Shown: positions 26,295-35,925 of the stretch, piece by piece
Layout: each line of letters opens with the position of its first letter
How positions within the stretch are numbered: the stretch's first letter is position 1
Source: a virus
Lineage: Duplodnaviria; Heunggongvirae; Uroviricota; Caudoviricetes
Length of the DNA stretch: 40,141 nucleotides
Strand: one strand, 5' to 3'
IMG/VR virus record: IMGVR_UViG_2534682091_000016
Translations under genes and position numbers: made by a program
Notes under the pieces: model-generated
What the model saw: only the letters and a program-made list of their open reading frames with translations
What the model was told of the DNA's origin: nothing
Databases searched by the model: none

Positions 26295-28709
26295 TTAATA
26301 CAGGTTCCGCCACTGATCATCTTCCTGCAAACGCTGGTTCCGATAGAAGATACGCAGGCCTGCTCCTGACGGAATACTGCCTCCGCGAAGGAGTAAATCG
26401 ACCTCTTTCTCGCTGCCATCAAATCCTCTGGACTTCAGCTCATACACGAGCTGCAGTCGCTGATGGTCTGTAATTCGCTGTTTGTAGTCTTTACGCCGTT
26501 TCGGTTTCACCAGGCGTAACCTTGCTGCCAGTTCCCGGCGCTCTTTTTTGCTCATACTGTGCAGGTAATCGTGCAACTCCTTGTCATCCATGCGGGTAAT
26601 GTCCGTCCTGGTATCCCCATCAGCTGATTTATCTTTCCCTTGTTGGTTCAAATTTTCAGCAAGGGGACAGTTATTGCCACGAGTCCAAGGGGCGCAAGCG
26701 CCCTGGTCGGCTGCCGCCTCCTGAACGTCAACGGCTTTACGAACCATTTTCCACTTCACTGCATGAGTGCAGATCTTGCCCTCTGCAATGGGTGACCAGA
26801 TGCCATAAATACGAATACCGTGATCGCCATAGGCGGTCGGCTCTTCGTTGATTTCATAAGCGGTTCTGATGAGGTGATATTTACGGGGAACCAGTACGCC
26901 GCCCTGCTTCATGATGTAGGTGGCAAAGCAACCAGCATCAGCTGCAGCCAGAATGGCATCAAGGCGCGGGTTATCCAGTACCGGCGCACCTGCTTTTTTG
27001 TCACCCTGTTGCCTTGCCGCCTGACCAGCCAGCAATCGCAGTTCACGGTAAGCCTGACGCCCCGGAATGCCAAAGAAGCGGAATTGCTGAACACGATGCA
27101 GAGACGCCCAGGCATTAACGTATTCAGCGTTATTACGCAGAGATTTACCCGTTTCCTTGCTGATCTCGCCAGCCAGACCACGCCCGTCAATGTTCTTACT
27201 GATATATTTCGCGATGTAGCTTGTCGGCGTTCCTTTGCGCGGGTTAATCAACTCAGACTTAAAGCGCGGCCCAGTGTTATTGCCCAGCTCCTCGCGGTCT
27301 TCACGGATGGCAAACTTACGCAGTAATGCAGTGATGGCGCGGCGATCTTTTTTGCGCATAAAACACAACAGGTGCCAGTGAACTGTACCGTCATGATGCG
27401 GCTCAGCCACCCGCACGCCATACCAGCGCAATCCGGCTTTGTGCATCGCCTTACGAAATGCAGCAAACATGCCGACCAGATAGTCGCTGCTTTGTCTTAC
27501 CGTCGAGTTTGTCCAGGTCGGGTTGGGTCTGCCGTTATTGAGCGTGGAATGGAAACGCGACGGACAGGTGATAGTGTAGAAAACGGCGCAGTCACCGCGC
27601 ATTTCCGCGATAAGCTCCAGACCTTTAACACAGGCCATCATCTCATTGCGGCGATGCGCCGGGTTGCTGCTGCTGGCGTTTACCACATCTTCCATATCCA
27701 GCGTGTCGCCGTCTTCGTTCACCAGTTCATGAGAACGGAAAAACTCCAGCGACTTACGGCGCTGCTCACGTTTATGCATCACGGCTTCATAGCTGACATA
27801 GGGGGATGCTTTTTTGCTGACCAGGCAGACAGCACGCAACTGCTCTTCCCGCCATTCGCAACGCATCTTCCATAATTTCCGATACCACCAGTCGGCACAC
27901 AACATACGCGCCAGCGAACCCGGAATGAGTTCATAGGGCACGGGTTTACGGCGGTTTCTTTTCCGACGGAGTTGCTCAAACGCAGGCGGAATAACATCCA
28001 GACGCAGGGTTTCCGCTGCCACCTTTTCCCATGTTTTGCGGATTTCTTCTGGCTTAACGTCATCGGTGGCATACAAATCACCACAAGCGGCATCAAGGCA
28101 CATGCTCATATGCGCAGCGACAAGGGGGGACAGGCGCTTCACCTGATCCTGACTCATTTCAGGCAGGATAAGCAGGCCATCCAGCCCTTCATGGCTTGCC
28201 ATAAAGCGAAAAGAAGTGGATAGCTGACAGTCGCGGACATGCTCCAGTCGTTCCAGACATGGCTTAATCGTCTCACGCAAATAGCGGGAATAAGCCTTTG
28301 GCCTGCCCAGGCTGCTGAAATATTCAATACGTTGCATCAGCGGCTTGCTGATATGGGAAGGCTGGGCGTTGACGTCAGCCAGAATGACCATGTCCGGATT
28401 AAAACGCTGCTGCTCATGCGCCAGCTTTGCCCGGCTAATGAGCTTATCCTGCTCCATTTCGCGCTGGACAGGATCACGGGATTCATTAAAGAAATAACGC
28501 TCCCAGACCTGATCACTCAGTGCCTCGCGGCGCAGTTGTTCCTGCTCGTTATCGGCAGCGTACAGAGTGATCAGGTTTGAAAGTGCAGAAACCGGCGCAA
28601 CTTCCGCCGGGTCCAGATAAGGGTTAATGGCCTTTTTTGGGCTGTTCCATGAGAATGCTGCGGCGACCTCGTTAAAGCCGCTGCAGTTGTTCATATCAGC
28701 ATGGCTCAT
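26295..28709 (-). CDS. Replication initiation endonuclease gpA (rolling-circle Rep, HUH family)
   Basis: About 800 aa with HUH motif (VHWHLL) and Tyr motif ([12 protein letters not shown]); start placed at the ATG overlapping the dam stop (ATGA); longest ORF runs to 28736. Confidence 0.85.
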   Translation of the reverse strand: MSHADMNNCSGFNEVAAAFSWNSPKKAINPYLDPAEVAPVSALSNLITLYAADNEQEQLRREALSDQVWERYFFNESRDPVQREMEQDKLISRAKLAHEQQRFNPDMVILADVNAQPSHISKPLMQRIEYFSSLGRPKAYSRYLRETIKPCLERLEHVRDCQLSTSFRFMASHEGLDGLLILPEMSQDQVKRLSPLVAAHMSMCLDAACGDLYATDDVKPEEIRKTWEKVAAETLRLDVIPPAFEQLRRKRNRRKPVPYELIPGSLARMLCADWWYRKLWKMRCEWREEQLRAVCLVSKKASPYVSYEAVMHKREQRRKSLEFFRSHELVNEDGDTLDMEDVVNASSSNPAHRRNEMMACVKGLELIAEMRGDCAVFYTITCPSRFHSTLNNGRPNPTWTNSTVRQSSDYLVGMFAAFRKAMHKAGLRWYGVRVAEPHHDGTVHWHLLCFMRKKDRRAITALLRKFAIREDREELGNNTGPRFKSELINPRKGTPTSYIAKYISKNIDGRGLAGEISKETGKSLRNNAEYVNAWASLHRVQQFRFFGIPGRQAYRELRLLAGQAARQQGDKKAGAPVLDNPRLDAILAAADAGCFATYIMKQGGVLVPRKYHLIRTAYEINEEPTAYGDHGIRIYGIWSPIAEGKICTHAVKWKMVRKAVDVQEAAADQGACAPWTRGNNCPLAENLNQQGKDKSADGDTRTDITRMDDKELHDYLHSMSKKERRELAARLRLVKPKRRKDYKQRITDHQRLQLVYELKSRGFDGSEKEVDLLLRGGSIPSGAGLRIFYRNQRLQEDDQWRNLY

Positions 28710-29563
28710 GCACGCACTCCGTACACGGCGGAACAATCCACGCCACGCGAAGGATCAAATCCTATCCAGCAGCGCGGCCCGGCAACAGCAATGATTTCTG
28801 TTGCAGATTTACTCTCACCAGCTGCCACGCCGATGCTGCGTTTTGCCTTGATGTAGTGGTGAGTAAAATTGCGATACAGCGAACGGATCAGGGATGTGTC
28901 ACTGTTAGAAATAATGACCGGATATCCTTCTGATGACCGATGTTCAAGAACGGATGCCAGGTGATACTGGTCATCTTCAGTGAAACCATCAGTGTGATAG
29001 CCGGAAAACGTACCGTCATAAGGCGGATCGCAATACACCACATCCCCCGCGTGCAACATCGCCAGCGTTTCATCGAAGCTGGCGCAGATAAACGTTGCCC
29101 GCTGGGCTTTTACTGCAAATGCACGAATTTCTTTTTCAGGAAAATACGGATTTTTATAATTACCGTAGGGAATGTTGAAATGCCCGCTCTTGTTATAGCG
29201 ACATAAACCACGGTAACCGTGACGATTGAGATACAGGAAATATATCGCTTTCATGAAATCAGTAATTTCAGTTGAGTAATTAAACTCCTGCCTTATGTTG
29301 TAATAATCCATCTCCCTGTTTGCGTTCTCAAATAAAACTCTGGCGCGAGATATAAACGATTCACAATCAGCGGCAACCTTTTTATAGAGGTTGATTAAAT
29401 CAGGATTAATATCCGCAACCAGATAGCTGGGATAATCCGTCTCCATCATCACAGCACAGGAACCCGCGAAAGGTTCAACCAGTCGCGGGCCAGCAGGAAG
29501 ATGTTTTTTCAGTTCGGACATTATGGCAGTTTTATTTCCCGCCCATTTCAGGATGGTGCTCAT
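28706..29563 (-). CDS. dam: DNA adenine methyltransferase (Dam family)
   Basis: N-terminus ILKWAGNK...[10 protein letters not shown] and DPPY motif (VVYCDPPY); start at the ATG with a GGAGGTG Shine-Dalgarno, overlapping the upstream stop. Confidence 0.85.
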   Translation of the reverse strand: MSTILKWAGNKTAIMSELKKHLPAGPRLVEPFAGSCAVMMETDYPSYLVADINPDLINLYKKVAADCESFISRARVLFENANREMDYYNIRQEFNYSTEITDFMKAIYFLYLNRHGYRGLCRYNKSGHFNIPYGNYKNPYFPEKEIRAFAVKAQRATFICASFDETLAMLHAGDVVYCDPPYDGTFSGYHTDGFTEDDQYHLASVLEHRSSEGYPVIISNSDTSLIRSLYRNFTHHYIKAKRSIGVAAGESKSATEIIAVAGPRCWIGFDPSRGVDCSAVYGVRA

Positions 29564-29787
29564 ACAGCACCTCCGTTGTAATGTTTGCCTTTCAGCTCTG
29601 CGATTTCCTGACAGGTAATGCAAAGCTGCACACCCGGAATGGCACGGCGGCGTGCTGGCGGAATTGGCGCTTCACACTCAATGCAAAGCACGCGGGACAC
29701 GCCCGGCGTTTTGGCACGGGCAGCACGGATATGGCGTTGGCGTTCTTCTTCAACGCGCTGCTGTACGAGATCCATTGCATCAGCCAT
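29560..29787 (-). CDS. TraR/DksA-family C4 zinc-finger protein
   Basis: 75 aa with CIECEAPIP...CITCQ four-Cys motif typical of phage TraR-like proteins. Confidence 0.7.
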   Translation of the reverse strand: MADAMDLVQQRVEEERQRHIRAARAKTPGVSRVLCIECEAPIPPARRRAIPGVQLCITCQEIAELKGKHYNGGAV

Positions 29788-30026
29788 TAGTGGATCTCCT
29801 GCGCTTCGTTCTGGATTGCTTCAGCAGTCACACGAAGCAGTTCTGCCGCTTCCACGTGGTTTAGCTGGCGGGATGAGATATGAAACGCCAGGCTATCAAG
29901 GCGAGCTGCCATTGCTTCAGCCCTTGCCCGGCGTTCTTCCAGACGAGCCTCTGTCAGTAAAATATTAAGCCCTGCGTCAGCCGGTCCGGTTTTGGTCGAG
30001 AGGGTTTCAATATTACGCATAATCAA
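29787..30026 (-). CDS. Hypothetical early-region protein
   Basis: 79-aa ORF co-oriented and tightly packed with neighbours (start overlaps next stop). Confidence 0.45.
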   Translation of the reverse strand: MIMRNIETLSTKTGPADAGLNILLTEARLEERRARAEAMAARLDSLAFHISSRQLNHVEAAELLRVTAEAIQNEAQEIH

Positions 30027-30087
30027 TTCTCCTGAATTTAGATAAAGGGATGCCCGGCGGGTTTACGCCATTAATTTCATTAGTTGG

Positions 30088-30429
30088 TTAATTCGGCATG
30101 GTTAGCCGTCTGGGAAATAAGCTCACCACTGCACGAAAATGATTCATTGCTTTAATCAACTCCCGCTTTTCGTCAGTGGTCAGCTCATTAATGCTGATGC
30201 TATGACGTTCAGCTGGAATTTTTGCCATAAAGAATATGGCAGCCAGTGCCCGTTTATTTTGTTCGCTATTAATATCGCGTGGATCACGCATATCTTTAAT
30301 AAACCGTTCAAGCTCTGACTCAATATTCAGACCAAAAACTTTCGCCCTTAACTCCGCAATGTGATTAAGTCCATTCAGGCGTTCACCGGGGCCTAATGGA
30401 ACAGTCGCCGCAGCGCCATTAATTGCCAT
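30088..30429 (-). CDS. Hypothetical early-region protein
   Basis: 113-aa ORF in the early operon; no recognisable motif. Confidence 0.45.
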   Translation of the reverse strand: MAINGAAATVPLGPGERLNGLNHIAELRAKVFGLNIESELERFIKDMRDPRDINSEQNKRALAAIFFMAKIPAERHSISINELTTDEKRELIKAMNHFRAVVSLFPRRLTMPN

Positions 30430-30451
30430 AATTCATATTCCCAAAACGCAA

Positions 30452-30676
30452 CTATCGCTCTTTGTTCTTACGGTAACGCTCAAGAGGAGATATATTTTTT
30501 CGTATCATCTCTTTAACCTGCTCTCCCCGTAAAAACGTCCCATCCTTTAGCGTGAAAAAGTAACTGCCATCGCCCGACAACGACGGATAACAACAGAGCA
30601 AATCATCTTCAGATACTGAATAACTCTCCCCTCTGTAACGAAACTGATAAACCACTTCACTTTCCGCTGCATACAT
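30452..30676 (-). CDS. Hypothetical early-region protein (Fil/Dhr position)
   Basis: 74 aa with a GGAG Shine-Dalgarno; overlaps the next ORF by about 130 nt in another frame. Confidence 0.4.
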   Translation of the reverse strand: MYAAESEVVYQFRYRGESYSVSEDDLLCCYPSLSGDGSYFFTLKDGTFLRGEQVKEMIRKNISPLERYRKNKER

Positions 30677-30843
30677 TTTGACTTTCTCCGTTTCCCCGTG
30701 GTCAATTCAGACAGCAATTCATCTTGTGAACGGCACGGATGCCAGCGTTTACCATCCTCACCCATGATCCAGCCGTGACCGTAGTGCATTGCCGGGCTTT
30801 GTTTTACCAGCAGCGATGCAAATGATGGTTCTTTCGTCAGCAT
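30547..30843 (-). CDS. Hypothetical early-region protein (Fil/Dhr position)
   Basis: 98 aa from the Met with a GAGGTG Shine-Dalgarno, 8 nt after the cII-like stop; Cys/His/Arg-rich. Confidence 0.4.
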   Translation of the reverse strand: MLTKEPSFASLLVKQSPAMHYGHGWIMGEDGKRWHPCRSQDELLSELTTGKRRKSKCMQRKVKWFISFVTEGRVIQYLKMICSVVIRRCRAMAVTFSR

Positions 30844-30850
30844 AAGCACC

Positions 30851-31360
30851 TCACAGCAAACCGAATGAAGCACCGAGGCCAGTCACGGTATCAACTGCAC
30901 TCGCCATCGCAGGATTAGCCTGTAAACGGGCCTGCAATGAAACAGCAGCCAGCGCCATCAGTCGTGTTACAGAGTTAATGCTGCTGATAGCATCACGACG
31001 ACCTGCACTGGTTTTTACATCGCCAGATACCGCACCTGCAGCAACACGCCCGATCTCTGCGGTTGCACTCATGACGTAATGTGGCAGTTTCTCTTTTGCC
31101 ACCTCATTAATCGGTACACATGGCAGACAATGAATCTGTGCCAGAAAACCATCTATCAGCGTTGAGTCTTCTGTCAGATCGGTAAGCAGCCAGATTTCTG
31201 GCGCATTGAGCTGATGCGGTTGATCTGGGTTGAGTTTGTTTCGCAGTGTCTGAACATTCATTCCTGCACGTTCTGCCAGCTTCGCCATATTGTGACGTAG
31301 TGCAAAAGCTCTACAGGCTTCATCAAAATACGGATGTTTGGAAATCTTGTAATCAAACAT
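30851..31360 (-). CDS. CII-like transcriptional activator (phage 186 CII family)
   Basis: 169 aa, the length of 186 CII, placed after the apl/cox-like gene on the lytic transcript; family assignment from recall and synteny. Confidence 0.6.
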   Translation of the reverse strand: MFDYKISKHPYFDEACRAFALRHNMAKLAERAGMNVQTLRNKLNPDQPHQLNAPEIWLLTDLTEDSTLIDGFLAQIHCLPCVPINEVAKEKLPHYVMSATAEIGRVAAGAVSGDVKTSAGRRDAISSINSVTRLMALAAVSLQARLQANPAMASAVDTVTGLGASFGLL

Positions 31361-31392
31361 GCTGCCCCCTTAGAAAGTTCCCATAATTGAAC

Positions 31393-31635
31393 TTACTTAC
31401 CAACAATGACGCGGAAGTTGGAATGTCCGAGGGATTCACGGACCTGATCAGTTTTGTACATCAGATAACGCAGACTTACGCGGCCTTTGTTTTTTTCTTT
31501 CTTGACCATGTACTTAGCAAGTTGACCATGGTGAATTTTTTGGTAAACAGAGCCGCGGGAAATGCCCTCCCACTCTGCGAACTCAGCAGGTGTTGCCATC
31601 TCTTTTGGTACACGAATTGAAATATCAGTACTCAT
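31393..31635 (-). CDS. Apl/Cox-like excisionase and repressor of the lysogenic promoter
   Basis: 80-aa basic protein, first gene of the lytic early operon, divergent from cI. Confidence 0.65.
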   Translation of the reverse strand: MSTDISIRVPKEMATPAEFAEWEGISRGSVYQKIHHGQLAKYMVKKEKNKGRVSLRYLMYKTDQVRESLGHSNFRVIVGK

Positions 31636-31756
31636 AGTGCAGTATCTCTTACTTTGTGTGCGTGTTAGTTCGTTTTAGCCCGTCTCTTAAACTCTCACAT
31701 CAAGAGACAAGAAAACATTACGATCTTGATTCAAGATTGTCAAATGGAGATTACCA
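31636..31756. promoter_or_regulatory. Lysis-lysogeny switch region (face-to-face early promoters and operators)
   Basis: 121-bp intergenic region between divergent apl-like and cI-like genes; contains the short palindrome TCTCTTGATGTGAGAG / TCTTGATTCAAGA. Confidence 0.5.
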
Positions 31757-32389
31757 ATGTTAAACATCAGAATGGGTTCCGATACGGGAGGTAAAGCAGC
31801 TATTGAGAGGCTGCTTGCGGCTTATGGATTCACAACTAAGCAGGCATTAAGTGAGCACCTGAATGTCTCAAAAAGCACTATGGCAAACAGAGTGTTACGT
31901 GACAGCTTTCCTGCTGACTGGATAATTCAGTGCGCACTAGAAACCGGTGTTTCGTTGCTTTGGTTAGCTACAGGACAGGGAAGCATGAAAGCAGGATCTG
32001 AGACTGAAAAAAGATCTCACAATGAGAACAAACAAGCAATTAAACCGTTATCTAAACTCATAACTCCATCTATTCCTAAAGGAACCTTGGAGAATGGACA
32101 ACTCAGTATTGATGAAGAGATTTTCCTAGACCACAGCATATTACCTGCAAATTATGAAGAATCGATGTTCTTAGAAACCCCTACTGATTGTTATCTCATC
32201 GATAAATCAGTTAAACAAGTCAGCAATGGATTCTGGCTTATCAATATTGATGGAATGATTATTATTGCAAAAATTATGCGGATTCCCGGCAATAAGATTG
32301 TAGTAAATCAAGATGAAGCGTCTTTCGAGTGCTCTGCTGATGATGTGGAAGTTATTGGGCGTGCAGTCAAAGTAATAAAGAGTATCTAA
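31757..32389 (+). CDS. Immunity repressor (186 CI-like)
   Basis: 210 aa with N-terminal HTH-like region; GGAG Shine-Dalgarno; followed 3 nt later by int, as in P2/186. Confidence 0.75.
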   Translation: MLNIRMGSDTGGKAAIERLLAAYGFTTKQALSEHLNVSKSTMANRVLRDSFPADWIIQCALETGVSLLWLATGQGSMKAGSETEKRSHNENKQAIKPLSKLITPSIPKGTLENGQLSIDEEIFLDHSILPANYEESMFLETPTDCYLIDKSVKQVSNGFWLINIDGMIIIAKIMRIPGNKIVVNQDEASFECSADDVEVIGRAVKVIKSI

Positions 32390-32391
32390 AC

Positions 32392-33408
32392 ATGACTGTC
32401 AGAAAACAGCCAAACGGCAAATGGTTGTGTGAGTGCTATCCCAATGGACGCAATGGCAAGCGCGTGCGTAAGCAATTTGCTACGAAAGGAGAAGCCATTG
32501 CTTTTGAAAGCTTCACAATGGAAGAAGTGAATAAAAAACCGTGGCTAGGTGAAAAGGATGATCGGCGACGCCTATCAGAATTAATTGAGCTTTGGTATTC
32601 CCTGTATGGCCAGACACTCGCAGACCCCAAGCGCCTCATGGCGAAACTTAGAATTATCTGTAATGGTCTAGGCGACCCCATCGCCTCAGAACTGACAGCC
32701 GGTGACTTTACAAAATACCGCGAAGCACGGTTAAAAGGCGACGTTCGTAACGAAGACGGCACACTAATGTCGCCAGTAAAACCACGCACGGTGAATCTTG
32801 AGCAACGTAACCTATCATCGGTTTTCGGCACATTGAAAAAACTAGGCCACTGGTCAGCACCAAATCCTCTCGCCGGGCTGCCAACATTTAAAATCGCTGA
32901 GGGGGAACTGGCGTTCCTGACCTCGGAAGAAATTAAACGTCTGCTAGATGCCTGCGCTGATTCTCAAAACCCCAGTCTGCTTTTGATTGCAAAAATATGC
33001 CTGGCCACCGGCGCACGCTGGAGTGAAGCCGAAAACCTGCAGGGCCATCAGTTATCTAAATACCGCATCACTTATACCAAGACGAAGGGCAAGAAAAACC
33101 GCACCGTGCCGATATCTCAAGATCTGTATGACGAACTCCCCAAGAACAGAGGGAAGCTATTCACCCCGTGCAGAAAAGCCTTTGAACGGGCAGTAAAGCG
33201 AGCTGGCATCGAGCTGCCAGAGGGCCAATGCACTCACGTGCTACGTCATACATTCGCCAGTCATTTTATGATGAATGGCGGAAACATACTGGTCCTACGC
33301 GATATTCTGGGCCATGCCGATATAAAAATGACGATGATTTACGCCCACTTTTCGCCGGATCATCTTGAAGATGCAGTTACTAAAAACCCTTTATGCAACT
33401 TAAGATAG
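32392..33408 (+). CDS. int: Tyrosine integrase (P2/186-type)
   Basis: 338 aa with catalytic signature HVLRHTFAS...GH...MIYAH near the C-terminus; reads toward the distal att repeat. Confidence 0.9.
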   Translation: MTVRKQPNGKWLCECYPNGRNGKRVRKQFATKGEAIAFESFTMEEVNKKPWLGEKDDRRRLSELIELWYSLYGQTLADPKRLMAKLRIICNGLGDPIASELTAGDFTKYREARLKGDVRNEDGTLMSPVKPRTVNLEQRNLSSVFGTLKKLGHWSAPNPLAGLPTFKIAEGELAFLTSEEIKRLLDACADSQNPSLLLIAKICLATGARWSEAENLQGHQLSKYRITYTKTKGKKNRTVPISQDLYDELPKNRGKLFTPCRKAFERAVKRAGIELPEGQCTHVLRHTFASHFMMNGGNILVLRDILGHADIKMTMIYAHFSPDHLEDAVTKNPLCNLR

Positions 33409-33786
33409 AGTAACTTATGAAAATAAACTCAAATTATTTACAAATATAATATTCAGCAGGTTATCCATTCTTATTTAACTCTTCAGACTGAGATTAGATT
33501 TTATTTATAGAATAAGATAATTTCATATCACAAAAAACCTGTAAGCCCTCATCTTTGTTGTATAAAAACATAAAAGACGCCATATTCAAAAAAGTCGAAA
33601 AGCATTGCAATGCAACATTAAAAATAAGCCAATAAAAACCAGTCATTAGAAAATGAAAAAAAACAAAAACATTTTTTATCAAAGCTTCAGTCTGACTACT
33701 AGTTTGACTCTGCAATTAACTATCAAGATGATCAATATTTATTGATCATCTTGAAGTTGCCCTCAGGAAAGATGAGTATAATATTT

Positions 33787-35523
33787 CTACTCAAGAAGAT
33801 ATTCTAACTCATCTTTTATCGGGATAACTTGCTCATAAAGTCGGTGATATGACTTCCCAATTGCGCCTCTGAATTGTATTAACTTTGGTGGCTTGTTACC
33901 TATATTAATAATATGGTCTTGAGCTATACCTGGGTAGGGATCAATAAATACAATTTCAGATATACCTAACTGATAAGCTTTTTTCGCACACAGCTCACAG
34001 GGACTGGCAGTTGTATATAACCTCCCCCCCTGAACGCCAATGCCACCATATTTTGCAAGTTGTAAAAATGCGTTTTCCTCAGCATGTAATGCACGTGTAT
34101 GAACTTGATTACCTTTTTTATCTTTATCAAGATCATTATGTATATCTTTAAAACAATAAGATAAGTTCCTGCCTCTATAAATATCACCAGTTTTATCTAT
34201 CGCCCTAAAATTTAATAGTTTCTCATTAGCTTTAATTCTGAAAGAACTATTATTTCTCTCATAATAACTGTACACTTTTTCATCAAAGTCGTTCATTAGG
34301 CCATCTAGCGATCTCATAGAGCAAGGAATCTGACCGTTGGCGACATCATTCCAACCCACTGATTTTATTGAATTTTCACCATCAGTTACTACAGCTCCCA
34401 CCTGTCTAGATATACAACCAGAGTTTAATTTTACCGTATACGCAACTTGCATAACCCTTTCCATTGCAGTAGGTGTTATCAGACCAGGATGCTTCATCAG
34501 TGCGATGTACCACGCTAATTGTGCTTTTAAAATATTGTCATTATCAAATTCATTTTTTGGGTTAAAAATGTGTATATCTGATAGTTCAATGCATTTAGTT
34601 ACATTTGGATTAGTGAGATGTTTGTAAGAGTTATCACCTTTACCTGACTCTACAGAATCTATTTCCTCTATCTGCTTTTCAGAAAACTTATGTAGTTTCC
34701 GCAAATAGTTTGTTCGATGTTCATCTGGGGCATTTATTGACATTAAATGAAATGCAGAATATCTATCCTTAAAAAATTTTGCTTCATATGGATTTCTAAT
34801 AGCATCTATGACAATTAATGCGTTATCTCTTTTGCTTTTTCTTATTAATTTAATAACCCTATTAATAGTTTCCGGCAAATGAAAAACAGATTTAGGTATA
34901 AACTCTTTATCTTCAAAATCGACTTCAATACGCCCACGGCGTCTAATTGACTTACCTGCTAACTGATAGACTGAAACATATAAATTTGAGTTTATCGCAT
35001 TTAGTTCAGCTTTGAATTCCTTAGTAAATTTTCTAACTAACCTCAAAATTGATATAAATTTATTAATCGTTTTTTCATTAAGCTTCAATTCACTATTATG
35101 ATCAAGCAAATTCTCAATTACATTTTTAAATCTTGTTAAAATGAGATTATCTGAAAATACACCAAAAGTTAATACATTATCTAAATGCTCTTTACTGATA
35201 GATTTATTAGATGATAGAATAAACTCAGAAGCTTCTTCAACTGTTAACATCAAAAGATACGCTGAGATTAGGTCACTCACCTTAATTGAGTAAAAATTTT
35301 CCCAGTGATTTTCTGCGAATTTTTTAACTATATTATAACGATGGACATCCAATCCCTTGTAAAAACCCTGTAATTTACTTACATCAGGGAAGACTGTTTT
35401 TTCGTTTTCAAGAATATTAGCTGTTGTTGTGCAACCAGAACCAGTTCGACCTGTCAAACCGACTAAAATAAACTGCCCATTTTCAAGGAAAAGCTCACTA
35501 ACGAATTTTTTTTCTTTCATCAC
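33787..35523 (-). CDS. Kinase-like P-loop domain fused to CMP/dCMP-type deaminase domain (candidate defensive dCTP deaminase)
   Basis: 578 aa; N-terminal P-loop GLTGRTGSGCTT; C-terminal zinc-deaminase motifs HAEENA and SPCELCAKK; strongly AT-rich compared with the flanking prophage genes. Confidence 0.7.
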   Translation of the reverse strand: MMKEKKFVSELFLENGQFILVGLTGRTGSGCTTTANILENEKTVFPDVSKLQGFYKGLDVHRYNIVKKFAENHWENFYSIKVSDLISAYLLMLTVEEASEFILSSNKSISKEHLDNVLTFGVFSDNLILTRFKNVIENLLDHNSELKLNEKTINKFISILRLVRKFTKEFKAELNAINSNLYVSVYQLAGKSIRRRGRIEVDFEDKEFIPKSVFHLPETINRVIKLIRKSKRDNALIVIDAIRNPYEAKFFKDRYSAFHLMSINAPDEHRTNYLRKLHKFSEKQIEEIDSVESGKGDNSYKHLTNPNVTKCIELSDIHIFNPKNEFDNDNILKAQLAWYIALMKHPGLITPTAMERVMQVAYTVKLNSGCISRQVGAVVTDGENSIKSVGWNDVANGQIPCSMRSLDGLMNDFDEKVYSYYERNNSSFRIKANEKLLNFRAIDKTGDIYRGRNLSYCFKDIHNDLDKDKKGNQVHTRALHAEENAFLQLAKYGGIGVQGGRLYTTASPCELCAKKAYQLGISEIVFIDPYPGIAQDHIINIGNKPPKLIQFRGAIGKSYHRLYEQVIPIKDELEYLLE

Positions 35524-35715
35524 GTCCCACTTATGAATGTAAGAATATTCAACATATTAATTATAATTTATTAACTCATTTTGTTCTAGATACTTGATGT
35601 AATGGCGGCACTTTGGCGACGGAGCATTAAAAACGCGTAAGACGAGCAAATACAACAAAACACTAACACATTGTTTTTAAATATAAATAGCTGTTTTTAC
35701 TATACTAAAAATGGT

Positions 35716-35760
35716 ATGTAGGAATTTCGGACGCGGGTTCAACTCCCGCCAGCTCCACCA
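35716..35760. repeat. 45-bp att direct repeat, copy 2 (junction between the two elements)
   Basis: Exact copy of ssrA 1016..1060; the P4-type integrase gene starts about 165 nt downstream. Confidence 0.9.
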
Positions 35761-35925
35761 CTTTTTAGTTGTTTGAAGTTCAATGAAGTCTACTAAGCCC
35801 ACACAGCACAAGCTCTGCGGGCTTTTTTACGTCTATTGTCGTCCAGTGAGAATTGCTGAGAACTACGAGTTATGGCACCCTGAATGGGACCCACTAAGAA
35901 GGGTCCAAAAACCGAGGGTCCCAAA

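Larger units (their letters stand above)
1061..35715. mobile_element. P2/186-family (Fels-2-like) prophage integrated in ssrA
   Basis: Bounded by the 45-bp ssrA direct repeats; contains the full P2-type late gene set in P2 order, plus cos-like site, rep gene A, 186-type cI/apl/cII switch and a tyrosine integrase reading toward the distal repeat. Confidence 0.85.

Noticed and set aside
33494-33715. 73-aa ORF in the AT-rich spacer between int and the kinase-deaminase gene
   Set aside because: Low-complexity hydrophobic translation from AT-rich intergenic DNA, no Shine-Dalgarno; likely spurious, though a small membrane peptide cannot be excluded.
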